From a virus (Duplodnaviria > Caudoviricetes): 61,517 bases of DNA. Under the pieces are notes generated by a model. That model was given only the letters and a program-made list of their open reading frames with translations, searched no databases and had not been told where the DNA came from. Where the stretch lies: IMG/VR virus record IMGVR_UViG_3300030389_004959, positions 1 to 61,517 of that record; one strand, given 5' to 3'. Shown here piece after piece: positions 27,337 to 39,100 of this stretch (positions within the stretch are counted from its first letter, which is position 1; each line of letters begins with the position of its first letter). The translations under genes were made by a program, and so were the position numbers.

Positions 27337-27828
27337 ATGGCAACAGAGTACGATAGAACCACGAGGGCAGCCGCACGGACTGGTCGCGCTGAAGGAGAAG
27401 CTTCAGGTCGAGCAAAAGGTGCGAGCAAAGGCGCTGCGATTGGAACTGGCGTCGGCGCGGGCGTAGGCGCTGGTATTGGTGCTGCTTTTGGTAACCCCGT
27501 TCTGGGTGCGAAAATAGGCGGAACACTGGGTGGGGCAGTCGGAAAAATATTCGGCGGTAGACGGGGAGCAAAAAAAGGCGCAGAGGAAGGCGAACTCAGA
27601 GCACGTCGTCAATCAGATCGTCAGTTCCGAAAGGATCAGAGAGACGCCCGCAAACGAAAAGTTGCTCAAGAAATCGCAGCAAGAACAAATATCGAATCCG
27701 CTAACTTAATCGCAGCGCAGTCAGTCCAGCCCGATGATTCGGTTTTGATGCAGGCAATGAAACAGGCTCCCATCACGAATCGCGGTCGAGGTCAGTTCGA
27801 ACGATTTGAACAAACATACTTTGGATAA
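27337..27828 (+). CDS. Glycine-zipper protein, probable ejection/pilot protein
   Basis: GAAIGTGVGAGVGAGIGAAFG...GGTLGGAVG followed by a basic coiled coil. Confidence 0.7.
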   Translation: MATEYDRTTRAAARTGRAEGEASGRAKGASKGAAIGTGVGAGVGAGIGAAFGNPVLGAKIGGTLGGAVGKIFGGRRGAKKGAEEGELRARRQSDRQFRKDQRDARKRKVAQEIAARTNIESANLIAAQSVQPDDSVLMQAMKQAPITNRGRGQFERFEQTYFG

Positions 27829-27831
27829 AAG

Positions 27832-29307
27832 ATGGCTACTCAAGAAGAAATCGAAAGCAAAGATCTAATTTTTGATCCTAAAACTGGGGAGTACGTTCCG
27901 AAGACCATCTCCCCTGAGTTGTTTCGTCAAATGAAAGAGACGGAACGTCGCAAGGCAGTCACGGCAGGAGTCGCTGGGATTGTTGGAGAGGCGGCACAGA
28001 TTGGTCTGGGAGCAACGGTTTTCGGAGATCCTGCCATCAAGGCTGCCCAACGAGAAAAGGCGAGGCTTGCTGGCGAGATTGCTAAAGGTCCTGACTACAT
28101 GTCAGAGCAGGAAAAGGCCGACTTTGTAGCCGCATCCGTTGCACCGGCAGAAAGGCAAGCAGAGGCTAGTCGTAGACAGGTACAGGGTATTGCGGCTGCA
28201 ACTGGTAGGTTCGACGCAGGGACGTTGTTGCGGTCCATGGATCGTTCTATCCCCGAAATCACACAAGCCACCCTGAAAGCTAAGAGTGCTGTTGCCGCAC
28301 AAGATGTTGCAGCTCAACAAATTAAAGCAGAAGCAGACGAGCGTAATCGAAACAGAATCGCCAGTGTTGATCAGATGATGCTCAACCTTCGAAACGAGTT
28401 TATTCGTGAACCCCTTCACAGTTTCATCAGCAATGCGGCAAAGTTGACGGGCACGCTGATGGCATATTCACCGGCTGCAACAATCGACGATGAAGTCCAA
28501 AGGTTGCGTGAAGCAAAAGTGCCTGATGATCAGATTAGTGATTTCATTAAGACCTTTCGTAGAAAGCCTCGAAAGGGTGCACAAGCCGCAGACGAGTTGA
28601 TCGCTAAGATGAAAGGCAAGGGCGTTGAAGTAGAGGAAACGAAAACACCACCAAAGCCTGAACCGGTCATGAATTGGACAGACCCATCTTCCGGTAAGTT
28701 CGGTGGTGTTGAGTATCGTTTGGGTGATGACGAAAAGATTCGATACAAAAGTCCAACTACAGGAAAAGAGATCGTCGTAGAAAAGGGAACGAAGGCATAC
28801 GATTCCATCATGGAAATACGTCCTGAGCCAAAAGTTCCTGAAGAACCGATGACTGCAGATGAGTTGAGAGCTGGGGCGGAGCGATCAAAAGAAACTGCAG
28901 AGTTTGAAAAAGAAGCCGGGACAAAACTACAAGGTGCGGCAGAACGCGCTGGATTTGGACAACCTCCATCCGAACGCGGAGCGATGGATACCATGGCTGG
29001 TAATCCAGAACAAAGAGAACAATCCAGAGCGCAAGCTGTTTACAAACAGGTCACTGCTCGTGTCCCCGGCAAACAAGATGCTTTATTTCGCAAGAAAAAA
29101 GACGACGGTTACGCATACGGATTTAAGGATAATGTTTGGACTGTGTATCAAGGCAGGTTTCCTGCTCAACCAGTCAGGCGATCAGGCACAAATGAGCCCG
29201 TGACGTTCACGATTGAGGAAGCTAAAAACAGCAAAAACCCCAATGTTCGAGAGCTTTATGATCTCGCATTGGCCAACAACTTGATCACGTTCGACACTCT
29301 TTTCTAA
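27832..29307 (+). CDS. Probable internal virion (ejection) protein
   Basis: Hydrophobic Gly/Ala helix, then Ala/Gln-rich helices; position after the tail genes. Confidence 0.55.
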   Translation: MATQEEIESKDLIFDPKTGEYVPKTISPELFRQMKETERRKAVTAGVAGIVGEAAQIGLGATVFGDPAIKAAQREKARLAGEIAKGPDYMSEQEKADFVAASVAPAERQAEASRRQVQGIAAATGRFDAGTLLRSMDRSIPEITQATLKAKSAVAAQDVAAQQIKAEADERNRNRIASVDQMMLNLRNEFIREPLHSFISNAAKLTGTLMAYSPAATIDDEVQRLREAKVPDDQISDFIKTFRRKPRKGAQAADELIAKMKGKGVEVEETKTPPKPEPVMNWTDPSSGKFGGVEYRLGDDEKIRYKSPTTGKEIVVEKGTKAYDSIMEIRPEPKVPEEPMTADELRAGAERSKETAEFEKEAGTKLQGAAERAGFGQPPSERGAMDTMAGNPEQREQSRAQAVYKQVTARVPGKQDALFRKKKDDGYAYGFKDNVWTVYQGRFPAQPVRRSGTNEPVTFTIEEAKNSKNPNVRELYDLALANNLITFDTLF

Positions 29308-29333
29308 TCTCATAGATGATCGCGCACTAACTC

Positions 29334-29867
29334 ATGACGCAACGCCTGCTAAATCGTAGACAGTACGGTGAGTTCAAACAGATGCTCGAGCAGGCTCTTT
29401 TAGAAATCCGTCTTCCTGCCGGTATCGTCGACACGGATCACATCGTCCCAAATTCCATCCGTCCTTCGAACTGCAAATTGGATGCGTCTTGGGATTTTGT
29501 TGGCAGTATCAGCGCGAATGGTTCATCTCTTGGCAATGACACGAACGTTGAAGAGCCTGAAGAGCAGACTCAGAACGTCTTTGAGGAGGTTGTTGAGGTC
29601 GATGGTCGGGCTTTGGTTGGCACAGCCAATATCTACTTCCTGAACGCCTTGAATCGAACGGTAACGTTGAAGTTGGGTCAACCATCCAAAAACGTCGGAC
29701 GAAAACTGTTCATCAAAAGAGTCGACAGCAATAAGACTGGTATCTGTCGAATACTCGCAGCCGAGTCAGGCGATTTGGATGGCACTGATGGCATCGAGCT
29801 AGGAACGCTGGAATCTGTTATTCTGATTGCGTCTTCGACCCAGTGGCACGTATTTTCCCGCATTTAG
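29334..29867 (+). CDS. Small protein with a fibre-type C-terminal beta domain
   Basis: VTLKL......VGRKLFIKRVDS.....I......LDG........ESVILI.....WHV, a module common in phage fibre proteins. Confidence 0.55.
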   Translation: MTQRLLNRRQYGEFKQMLEQALLEIRLPAGIVDTDHIVPNSIRPSNCKLDASWDFVGSISANGSSLGNDTNVEEPEEQTQNVFEEVVEVDGRALVGTANIYFLNALNRTVTLKLGQPSKNVGRKLFIKRVDSNKTGICRILAAESGDLDGTDGIELGTLESVILIASSTQWHVFSRI

Positions 29868-29880
29868 ACCGAGGTTTCCT

Positions 29881-31632
29881 ATGGCATTGTTCGACGAATA
29901 TTTCGACGCAAGTTTTGATCGGCAGGGGAGTGCATTCAATCAACTCTTTGGGACTTACGTCGGCACTCTGCTCAAGGAAAACAAAGACCAGTACGCAAGA
30001 GAGTTGAAGGCTCTCGATCCAAGTGGAGAGTTGGAAATTCTATCTGACCTTCGCAAGCAACGTCGAAGCTTGATGGGAGACCTCACAGGTTTGAGTCGTG
30101 GTGGAGACACGTTTACCACAAGCTTCCGAGAGGGTGGTTCAGACGCTGCGAAGGAAGAGCTTCGATTGCAGGAACGAAATAAATCAAAGCTTGATAATTA
30201 CGGAACAGCCTTAGGAGCAACAGCATCCGTTTTGGCAGGTTTATTAGTCAATGAAAAGTCGGAAATAGGCGCTTTAAGGGATTATGACGGAACCGAGGCA
30301 AAACTTGATGAACTCGTCGCTAGAGATGTAGCACAAATTATTGATGCAGCACAAACAGTGAGAGGAGCATCTGCAGAATCAAGAACCAGAGAAGGTAAAC
30401 ACGGTATTGGTGATGCAATCATCGATTTTGCTAAACAGGAGGGCCTGCCGCAAAAAGTACAAGATCTAATTGAAGAATCACTTACGGAAGACTTCAAGCC
30501 CAGTGACGCCGATAGAAGAATATACGAAGACCCTGAAAGTGTAACGGACAGACAGAGGGAGCTTCTCGACGCGATGGATGCAGGAACAAGGACTCGTGGG
30601 TCTAGAACCCGTCGGGGATCAGGTCTTCCATCGGATTCATTATCGAAAAACATTATCGCTCAAATAAAACTTCTTGATTCTCAAATCGAAGCTCAGGAAA
30701 AACGATATCGAGACGCAAAAGATGAGTACCTCGATTTGGCTCGCAATCCCGGCCGAAACTTTGCTACGGCGCCTCTTGGGTCTCGTCCCTCTCGTTTGAG
30801 TAGAGCTCTCGATGTGTATGGAGACTTTCGCTCTGCTGCACCGCAAGCGGCTGAAAGAATGCTCAAAGAATCCGTTGATGCCGGGGAGTTGACGGTCAGC
30901 GATAGGTTTGCTTTTTTGGCGGAATCAAAAGACAGTCTTGGTAGTGCCCCGATCGACGTGATTTTGAATCGTTCCAAAAACATTGAGTTGATTGGTTCTG
31001 CTCCTGAGGGCACTCGTTTGAAGTCTACTGACTTGGATTTGATTCGAGGATCATTAGAGCAAATGAGAGATGCATCAAACGCACCCATTTTTGGGTCTCA
31101 AAACCTTGGCGAAATCAAATTTCCAAACGGCTCTAGTATGCCTTTCAACGAATACCTTGACATTGTTGTAGACAACTTCGACAAAGTTCCAAGCTTCGTC
31201 GAAAAACAGGGCAAAGAAGCCATCGAAAAGTACAAGGCTCAGAACGCAAGAATCGTATCGAAGCAGATTGTCGACTGGTCGAAGACTCAGGATGAGTCAA
31301 AAATCAAAGAAGCCCGAACCAAACACAACTCAGGAAAAGCGGTCAGTGATTCAATCAACCGGATTCAAGTCGCAAAACAGGATTTCGATCGCACTCGTGA
31401 TCAAACAGTGTTGAATGAAACGATCGCAAATGAGTACAACCAATTGAACTCGACCAGCTCTGAGTTGCGCGGTGACATTGGCAACGCCTTTCTGAAGCAG
31501 GTTGATGAGTTCATGTCCACACCGGCGAGGCAGCGTCGGGTGGATTTGTTGAGTTCAGATCTCAATGACTTGAAAACAACTGCAGATAAGTTGATTACTA
31601 TGCCATCGACTGAGTCTGAAGGAGCCATCTAA
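29881..31632 (+). CDS. Probable internal virion protein
   Basis: GAGG RBS before ATG 29881; helical/coiled-coil composition. Confidence 0.55.
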   Translation: MALFDEYFDASFDRQGSAFNQLFGTYVGTLLKENKDQYARELKALDPSGELEILSDLRKQRRSLMGDLTGLSRGGDTFTTSFREGGSDAAKEELRLQERNKSKLDNYGTALGATASVLAGLLVNEKSEIGALRDYDGTEAKLDELVARDVAQIIDAAQTVRGASAESRTREGKHGIGDAIIDFAKQEGLPQKVQDLIEESLTEDFKPSDADRRIYEDPESVTDRQRELLDAMDAGTRTRGSRTRRGSGLPSDSLSKNIIAQIKLLDSQIEAQEKRYRDAKDEYLDLARNPGRNFATAPLGSRPSRLSRALDVYGDFRSAAPQAAERMLKESVDAGELTVSDRFAFLAESKDSLGSAPIDVILNRSKNIELIGSAPEGTRLKSTDLDLIRGSLEQMRDASNAPIFGSQNLGEIKFPNGSSMPFNEYLDIVVDNFDKVPSFVEKQGKEAIEKYKAQNARIVSKQIVDWSKTQDESKIKEARTKHNSGKAVSDSINRIQVAKQDFDRTRDQTVLNETIANEYNQLNSTSSELRGDIGNAFLKQVDEFMSTPARQRRVDLLSSDLNDLKTTADKLITMPSTESEGAI

Positions 31633-31633
31633 A

Positions 31634-33148
31634 ATGACACCCGAAGAATACGCCAGAATGATGGGTCTTGCACCTGCAGGTAGTCAACCAAAACAAAGTG
31701 ATGAATCCATCATCAGAGACAATCTGAATCGAAACGCGAAAGATTTCCGTGTCAGACCAGATCGATCTATTGAGTTTCGAGATCGTCGCGGGAACCTGAA
31801 AATCGTCGAGCGCGGAACCAAAGGATATGATGCTGCTCGTGAACAGTTGAAGCCTGCTCAAATGGCAGAGCTGAATCGTCTGAATGAACAGGTAGCTATA
31901 GACGATCGCAGGATTGGAGTTGAAGCCGCTGCTCGAGAATTTTTGTCTCCACCTCTTCCTGAATCACCGCCAGAAGAGATTTTTCCTGAAGAACTCGCAC
32001 GCATGCCGGTTCGACGGCAGGATCCAATCAACACCCGTTTTGGTGAATCTTTGACCGATCTTGGTGTGATGCAACAACGACAAGATGAGCGTTCGGAGGC
32101 TCGTCAGCAACAATCTCAAATCAACGAACGGACTGCTGAATTATTGCCTTTAATTAAAATTGCAGAAGATGAACTCAGGGAATCTCAAGAATCAAAACGA
32201 TTGTTTGACTCTGGTCTTGGCAATCGACAAGATTCAATCAATGCAACTGAACTGGTTAGAAGAGAAAATCGGTTGAGAGATTTACAAAACGAGTTGCGTC
32301 AGACTCGTTCAGGCGTTTTGTTAGAAGAGCAAGTTGAAGATCCATCAAGAGCCTTGGACGAACTTCTTAAAAACATCGATGCAACAGAAAACAGCCTGAG
32401 AGAAAATGACTTTCAAAGACAACAAATTCGTAAGCGAATAAACCTTTTAGAAAAGCAAAAAGCGGATCGAACTTTTTCGGGTCCATTGGGCCGAGCTATA
32501 TATGGTCCATTGGGCGCAGTCGTTCGTGGAATTACTCCCGGCGTGCCGGTTTTGGGTCCTGAAGACACTGAAATTCGTCAATTAGAACAACAGTTGTCTT
32601 CCCTTTATGATGGACTTTTTCAAAACGTTTTTGCACTCAATCAGATGAACAATCAAGCGTCAACGATTCGATCACTCGAACCGCTTCCGTTGTCAGAGCG
32701 GGAAGTAGAAGATCTTGAGGGCAAACCCCGCTTTGAAATGAGAGATTTTTCAAAACCCATGGAGCAAGAGCGAAGTCGGGTTGTACCTAACATTGAGGGC
32801 GATCCCTTTGCGAGCGGATTGCCGATTCCACCCCGACTTACACCTGATGCAGTCACTACATTTCAAGATACCCTTCAGCCTGATCCGACCGAGATGCAAT
32901 CATCTCTATTGACCGAAGAAGAGATTGCTGGGGCAAGAGCAGCTGGGATGACACAAGAGAATCTCTTGAAGCTACCATCCGGTAAAATCGTACCCAGTGA
33001 GATTCAGCCAAAGTCTGATGATGAGATCCTGCAGTCATCAATGATTCCTGATGCATTTCAACGGTTCGGGACGGAAGAAGTCGATGCATCTGCGGAAAGA
33101 TTGGAACGCGATACAGGTATGTTCGGTAGTCCGGGTCGTCGATTCTAA
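31634..33148 (+). CDS. Probable internal virion protein (coiled coil)
   Basis: 504 aa, Glu/Arg/Gln-rich; GPLG repeat. Confidence 0.55.
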   Translation: MTPEEYARMMGLAPAGSQPKQSDESIIRDNLNRNAKDFRVRPDRSIEFRDRRGNLKIVERGTKGYDAAREQLKPAQMAELNRLNEQVAIDDRRIGVEAAAREFLSPPLPESPPEEIFPEELARMPVRRQDPINTRFGESLTDLGVMQQRQDERSEARQQQSQINERTAELLPLIKIAEDELRESQESKRLFDSGLGNRQDSINATELVRRENRLRDLQNELRQTRSGVLLEEQVEDPSRALDELLKNIDATENSLRENDFQRQQIRKRINLLEKQKADRTFSGPLGRAIYGPLGAVVRGITPGVPVLGPEDTEIRQLEQQLSSLYDGLFQNVFALNQMNNQASTIRSLEPLPLSEREVEDLEGKPRFEMRDFSKPMEQERSRVVPNIEGDPFASGLPIPPRLTPDAVTTFQDTLQPDPTEMQSSLLTEEEIAGARAAGMTQENLLKLPSGKIVPSEIQPKSDDEILQSSMIPDAFQRFGTEEVDASAERLERDTGMFGSPGRRF

Positions 33149-33162
33149 ATTTGGAGAGCAGC

Positions 33163-36100
33163 GTGGCGGAAGAAACAGACACATTTTTAGAGGTATTTGG
33201 ACCTGCTCCAACCACTCCTGCCTCAGATGACGACCTTTTGATGGAATCGATGATTTCTCCGGTCAGTGTCGAGGAACCCGCAGAAGAAATCGAAGTTGAG
33301 GTCGAGCCCACTCCATCAGAAACACCTAATGTACTTACGGCTGAAGAGTCTCTGAGAAAGATTCGACGTAGGGGCAGAAGGGCTCCAGTGGGATTCGAAA
33401 GAAGACCTGAGACTATGGCTTCTGGAGCCGAGGAAAGTTCGTATCGCAAAATCAGAGACCATGTATTTCAAGGTCAAAGAAATGAGGGCAAAAGCGTCAA
33501 AGAGTCATACGACATTGCCCGTAAAACAGCCAACCATGCGTTTTTGTACGGCTTGCTTGATGACCCCCCATTAGAAGACTTCGAACCGCCTACAGGCATC
33601 GTACAGGCCACTGGACGAGTTCTGGCAAGACGACGTCTCATCGACACAAAAGATGCTGGTGATGCTCAGTCGTCTGCCGAAAAACGAATGGCAGATGTTC
33701 GAAAGCAAGAACGTGCATATCGGGCTCTGATCGAAGAAGAGGGGTCGATGGCAGCGTTGGCTAAAGCTTGGTCGAGCGGTCCAAAAATGACTCAGGAAGA
33801 AGCCGACGCAGCGGGTATTGATATTGCTGGTCGACAAGAGTTTTTTGGTAGGGACTTAGCAGAGGGCGTTGATCCCGAAGTTGGATTTTTAGAGGACCCT
33901 TACATCCCATATGGACTGAAAAACATCCCAAACCTGATTGAGCGGGCGGCAATCAAGACAAACATTCCGAACATGTTCGCGAATCTGTTTCTTGAAGAGG
34001 ACGAAAAACAGGCTTTCATCAAAGAAACAAACTTGGCACTCCCCACAGAAAACTTCGAAAGGATTGTTGAAATCGTCGAACTAAATTCAGAACGGGGCAA
34101 GACTGATGAGGAGACCAAAAAAGAGTTAAAGAATCAACTCGCGTTTGCTCTGACCATGCAATCATTTCGTGATTTGCCTTCTGGTTTTCAGGTAAAAGAA
34201 CCCTCGATCGATGCATTCGAAGCAGAGGTAACAGCCAACCCAGATTTTTTTGTGGAAAGCCCGCACGAGCCACTTGCGAACGCAGCAAAGTTGGTTTTGG
34301 ACAAAGCCGACAAAAAGAAAATTCAGTTCGAATTGAATCGTGTTGCTTTGGGATACATGCCAAACTCTGTGATTGCAGGCAGCATTCCATCTACCGTGAA
34401 CCTCATAGATGAGGCCGTCGCCTCCGCCCGTCGAGTCATCAAGGCCAAAGGTGAGGCAGGTAAAGCTTCAAGGGTGCTCGCTCAGAGATTTGCAGACACA
34501 ACATTCTCAACTGAAAAAATTAATGACGAAGTCATGGTCGTTGAGAACACCTTTGGCAAGGTGATGCGAATGCTTGGCTTGTTCACAGAAGGCGTTGCTG
34601 AACTCGATGTCACGGGTGGCACTCGTGCCGAAGATGTCAATGAGCTGTTGAGGTCTTTTGGATTTGGCGAGTCGACGATTCAGAAAAGAATGGACATTAC
34701 CAAACGATACGGTGTTCCTCTGCCGGGTCCAGACTTCTTGATGACGTTGCCTTTTCTTCCGGCGAGTAGAGATTTCTACTACAACTACGGCATTCGCGAC
34801 ATTGAATCTACTTGGCTGTCTCGTGTATTGGGTAATCTCGCGACTGGTTCGGTCGGAAACACCGTACACATGACGGACGAGGCACGAAAGGACGGATTCG
34901 AACGAGGGGACTCAGAGTTCCACACGAAGCTGTTCATCGGTGGTTCTTTAGATTTTATTGTCCCTTGGGAAAAACTTCACATTGGGCCTGTTGCTCACGC
35001 GACCAAGGCAGCGGCTCGAGGTCGTCAACTTGTAAAACTCTTAAATGCACCCGGATACAAGACAAGAGCATTTCTGGCAGGTGCATCTCCCGCACTTTAC
35101 GACCGTCTATACAACGTCTCCGAGCGTGCACAATTGGCATTGGACTACATTCAGTCTCGTGTTGGTAAAAAACCGACAGTTGAAAAACTGCAACGCATTC
35201 TTGATGAAGATGATTTGGCTCAACAGGCAGTCGGAAAAAAACAACCACTGCCCAAAGTTCAAGATGGTCGTCAGGTGGAAGGCCTCACTCTCAACGAACG
35301 AAACTTTGCCGAAGATTTAGTGCGTCGTATGGAAGGTGGTCAATCATTCCGTGCTGCCTTCGAAGACATCAAAAAGGGGTACAAGCCCGACGTGTTCGAA
35401 ACCGCTGCCGACGTAGCAACAGCAGTCACACGACATGTCATGGAAACCGACGAAAGTCTGTATCTATTTAGTCGTGGCAAGCCCGGTTCACCAAACTACA
35501 AAGCGGGAATCATTCCGTGGCAACTCGAACCACAAATCGAACGAGCCATGGGTGTGTCGGGAATCAAATACGCAGATGTCAAAGCCGCATTGAAGAACGA
35601 TATTGGTGGCGCGGCAACAGGGTACTTGGAGGGTCTCCGTGCACTCAGGAATTCAGGGTCCGATCTGGACACGTTAGATCTTCGCACATCGGAGCCGTAC
35701 CTTAAGTTTCGTAAAGGTCTCGAGTCGTTAGTCAAAAGTGGAGAAATGACACCCGAACAGAAGGTGGTTTTGCTCGCCATAATGGAGACCCGTGCTCACA
35801 ACTCCGCTGCTGCGACAATTTTCCGCACCATCAAAGAACCCGAAGATTTTTTCAAGAACGCGAAAATCAAAACAAGTCGCGTCAAAAATGCAGACGGCTC
35901 TACCGGACCCACAAACGTTCGAATTGTAGTTGGTAAAAAGACTGCAGATATCAATCTCAAGTCTGTTGATAAATTTATTGATATCCTCAAAGCAGACGAC
36001 AATCTTTCGATGCGTCGTTTGTTTGGAGGCGACAACGAACTATTGATCGATTTGATGGGTAAGGCTTGGACATCGCGGTTTATCGGTCGCTTCGACAATG

Positions 36101-39100
36101 TTGAAAACAGCAACAAAGCACAGAAGATGACCACGAACATGTTGAGTGACGACGGACGAAAAGCGGCCGAAGAAAAACTCCGTGCGATCATCGAGGCCAG
36201 CGGGCGATTGAGCACCGACACTGTGATTATGCGTGAGTTGTACGCAAATCTCGCATCTGTATACGGTCGGACGGGTGAGGCATTCAAAAAAGCAGCACTG
36301 ACGAAATCCAAGATTATTAAGTTGGACAACCTTTTGAAGCCCGATCAGTTCTTCAAAAACGCCGCTGTAGTTCTGAACAGGGGTCGTCCGCGTAGGCCGG
36401 GAACAATAGTACGTGTCAGTAACGACTTCGCGGAACGAGTGACCGGTGAAATCAAGCGTGCTGCGGGAACCAAACGAGTTTTCGCAGACATCGACGTGAA
36501 CCCAGAGTACGTCCGACAGTCAATGGGTGTCACGAAGCGTACAACACAAATAGACGCTCCCGATGCTTTGGCGAGAGCCGTAGGCTATGTCGTCGCGGAA
36601 ACGATGAAGAAGTCCGAACAGCAGCGGGCTCTTTCGGGAATGGCTTTGACACGTTTGACACCTGCAACTTTCGCAGCTCGAAAAAACGTGAAGGTGATTC
36701 GTAGTCGAGTCAACGGACGAATGGCTGCTGTGTTGGGAATCCAAAAGCGATCTGCCCTCACCGGCAACGTATACTTGGATGCGAAGAATCTTAAAGAAAT
36801 GGCTGATTCGAAGACTCAGACCCTCACATTGTCTCAGGGTCAACAAGATGCTTTCAAGGTGTTCTTGCAACGATTGGCATCGGAACCATTTGTTGCAAAT
36901 AAAATTCCAGACGAATTGGTAGGACCAAACGGTCGAGTTGACCAGATATCGTTTAAAAACTACAACCGAGTGGTTGAGCTCGTCACCGACGTAGAAGCCT
37001 CATCATTCTCTCGTCGAACTGTTTACACTGAAGCCATCCCCCGTTCGCTTGCCTATGCACTGCTTGGATCGATGCGGGCAAAAGGCGCTGATATCGTGCG
37101 TGCGACTGGATTTTTAGAAGATCAAATCGCGTTCGTTCGATCCAAGTTTTTCTTGGATGATCCACTGAGAATGGTTCGTCCAGAGTTAAAAGAGGTGATT
37201 GAGGCAGAGATTGCTAAATTGCAGCAGACGCGCTCTGAGGTAGTCAAGTTGATTCGTGATGCTCGTCGTGCAGATCCTGACGCTTCTATCGAACAAATAT
37301 TCGACATGTTGAGAAATCAACTCGAGACCGACATGAGAATCACCATGGATAAGGTTGATTTGATTGTAGGTGAGTACGATTTGGTAACGGGTAAACCCGG
37401 AAAGAAAGGCATGTTGCATATTCTGAATGAGTTTACGCAATCTGAAATTTCTAGAGTAAACCGAGATTTTGCCAAATCTCAAAAGAAACAAGCGCCCAGC
37501 TTCAGAGAGGGCGAACAAGCCATCGTAGAAGGCACAGACATTATCGAAGAACCCGGTGCACGCGCGAAGTACACCATGTTTGTTCCTCCAAACATTTCAA
37601 GAATCCAGTATCTCACTCGAAACACCACTCGGTCTATGCTTCAGCATTTGTGTGACACTGGAGGCATCAATGGAATCTCTGAACGTGTCAGCACCGCTCT
37701 TCAAATTTTGGAGGGATACTCCTCTGCTAAAGGAATGACCAAAGCAGATCTTGCAAAACTCAGTGATCAAGATCGAGTGATGATTGCATCAGCAATCATG
37801 ACTATTCGGGACCAGTTGACTGAACACGCAACATACCTCAAACACCGTGGCGGTAAGATTCTTTCGTCATTGGCAGGAAAACGATTTAATCTAGATCAGG
37901 TGCCAGAGTTCAAAAGTGGCACAAATTCAACTGCGGCAGCTGCAGCAGCGTACAAAGCCTTTCACCGTGGTGGTGACGGCTTTCGTATCTTGTACGACAC
38001 GATGATTCGTTATGCTGCAGAGGTTGGTGCCGATCCTGAAAAAATGGCTCGATATAGCCCTGCTCAAGCGTACTTGGAAATGGTTGTGCGATTGATGGCA
38101 GAAGATAAAATCTTGGGAATGTACGACCAACTGATCAAGGTTGGTATGCCCGGTGCGCGTGAAAACTACAGGATTCCACGTCGCAAAATATCACCAACCG
38201 GCGCAGAGTATTCAATCGAAACACCTCACGCCTTTCACATTCGTGTCCGCAACTACATGGACATGATTTTCAATCGTTCGAGGGACATCAGAGAACAAAT
38301 TGAACTACCTGATGGCAGGATTATTACTCGTGAAGCCGGTGGTCCCGGTGCGGATTATCCTACTGCTGCATTCGAACGTTTTCACAGACGATTTGATTCT
38401 GATCCAGAAAAGTTCGAAGACTTGGACGCAGCACTTGCAGCGGAGGAGGCACTCGTTCGTTTTGGAGTCAGAACGCAATCTGCCGGTGAAGCGTTGACAG
38501 AAATCGTGTTTCCTGACGGCTCGGTCACGTATGGACCCGCTGGTATCAAACAGTTTATCGATGATGCTATTGAACGCACTGCAGCAGTTGGTTTTTCCTA
38601 CGACACAGTAATTTCTAACAGGTTGAGTATTGAAGAGTTCGGCGCTCCCTTCGCTCCTGAGATTCAAAAAACGGGAAGAGTGAGAAGCTTTGCCTCTGCT
38701 GCATCTGCATTCAGAACTCTTCAGGATATGTTCCCGATTAGTTTTTCGATGATTAAACGCGGTATCACTACAGGTATTTTTGTACCGATACCTGCTTACT
38801 ACGCAGCAAACTTTTTGGGCGGCGCTCTGCAGTTGGTCACGGCTGTCAATCCAGTCAAAGCCGCAAGTATGCTAGTAAAAAATCCAAAGATGGTCGGCGC
38901 CGTGATGGCTCGCATGTTTGGTGATGGAGAGCAGTTCAGCAGCACGGCAGGTGGAGCCATAGGTGCAATCACTGGCGGTGTTGCAGGTGGGCTTGCAGCC
39001 GGTCCGTTGGGCGCAGTCGCAGGAGTAGTCGGCGGTGCAGCCGGAGGTGGATTTACAGGAAGAAAGATCGGACGCGGTTATCAACCATTCGGCAACCACA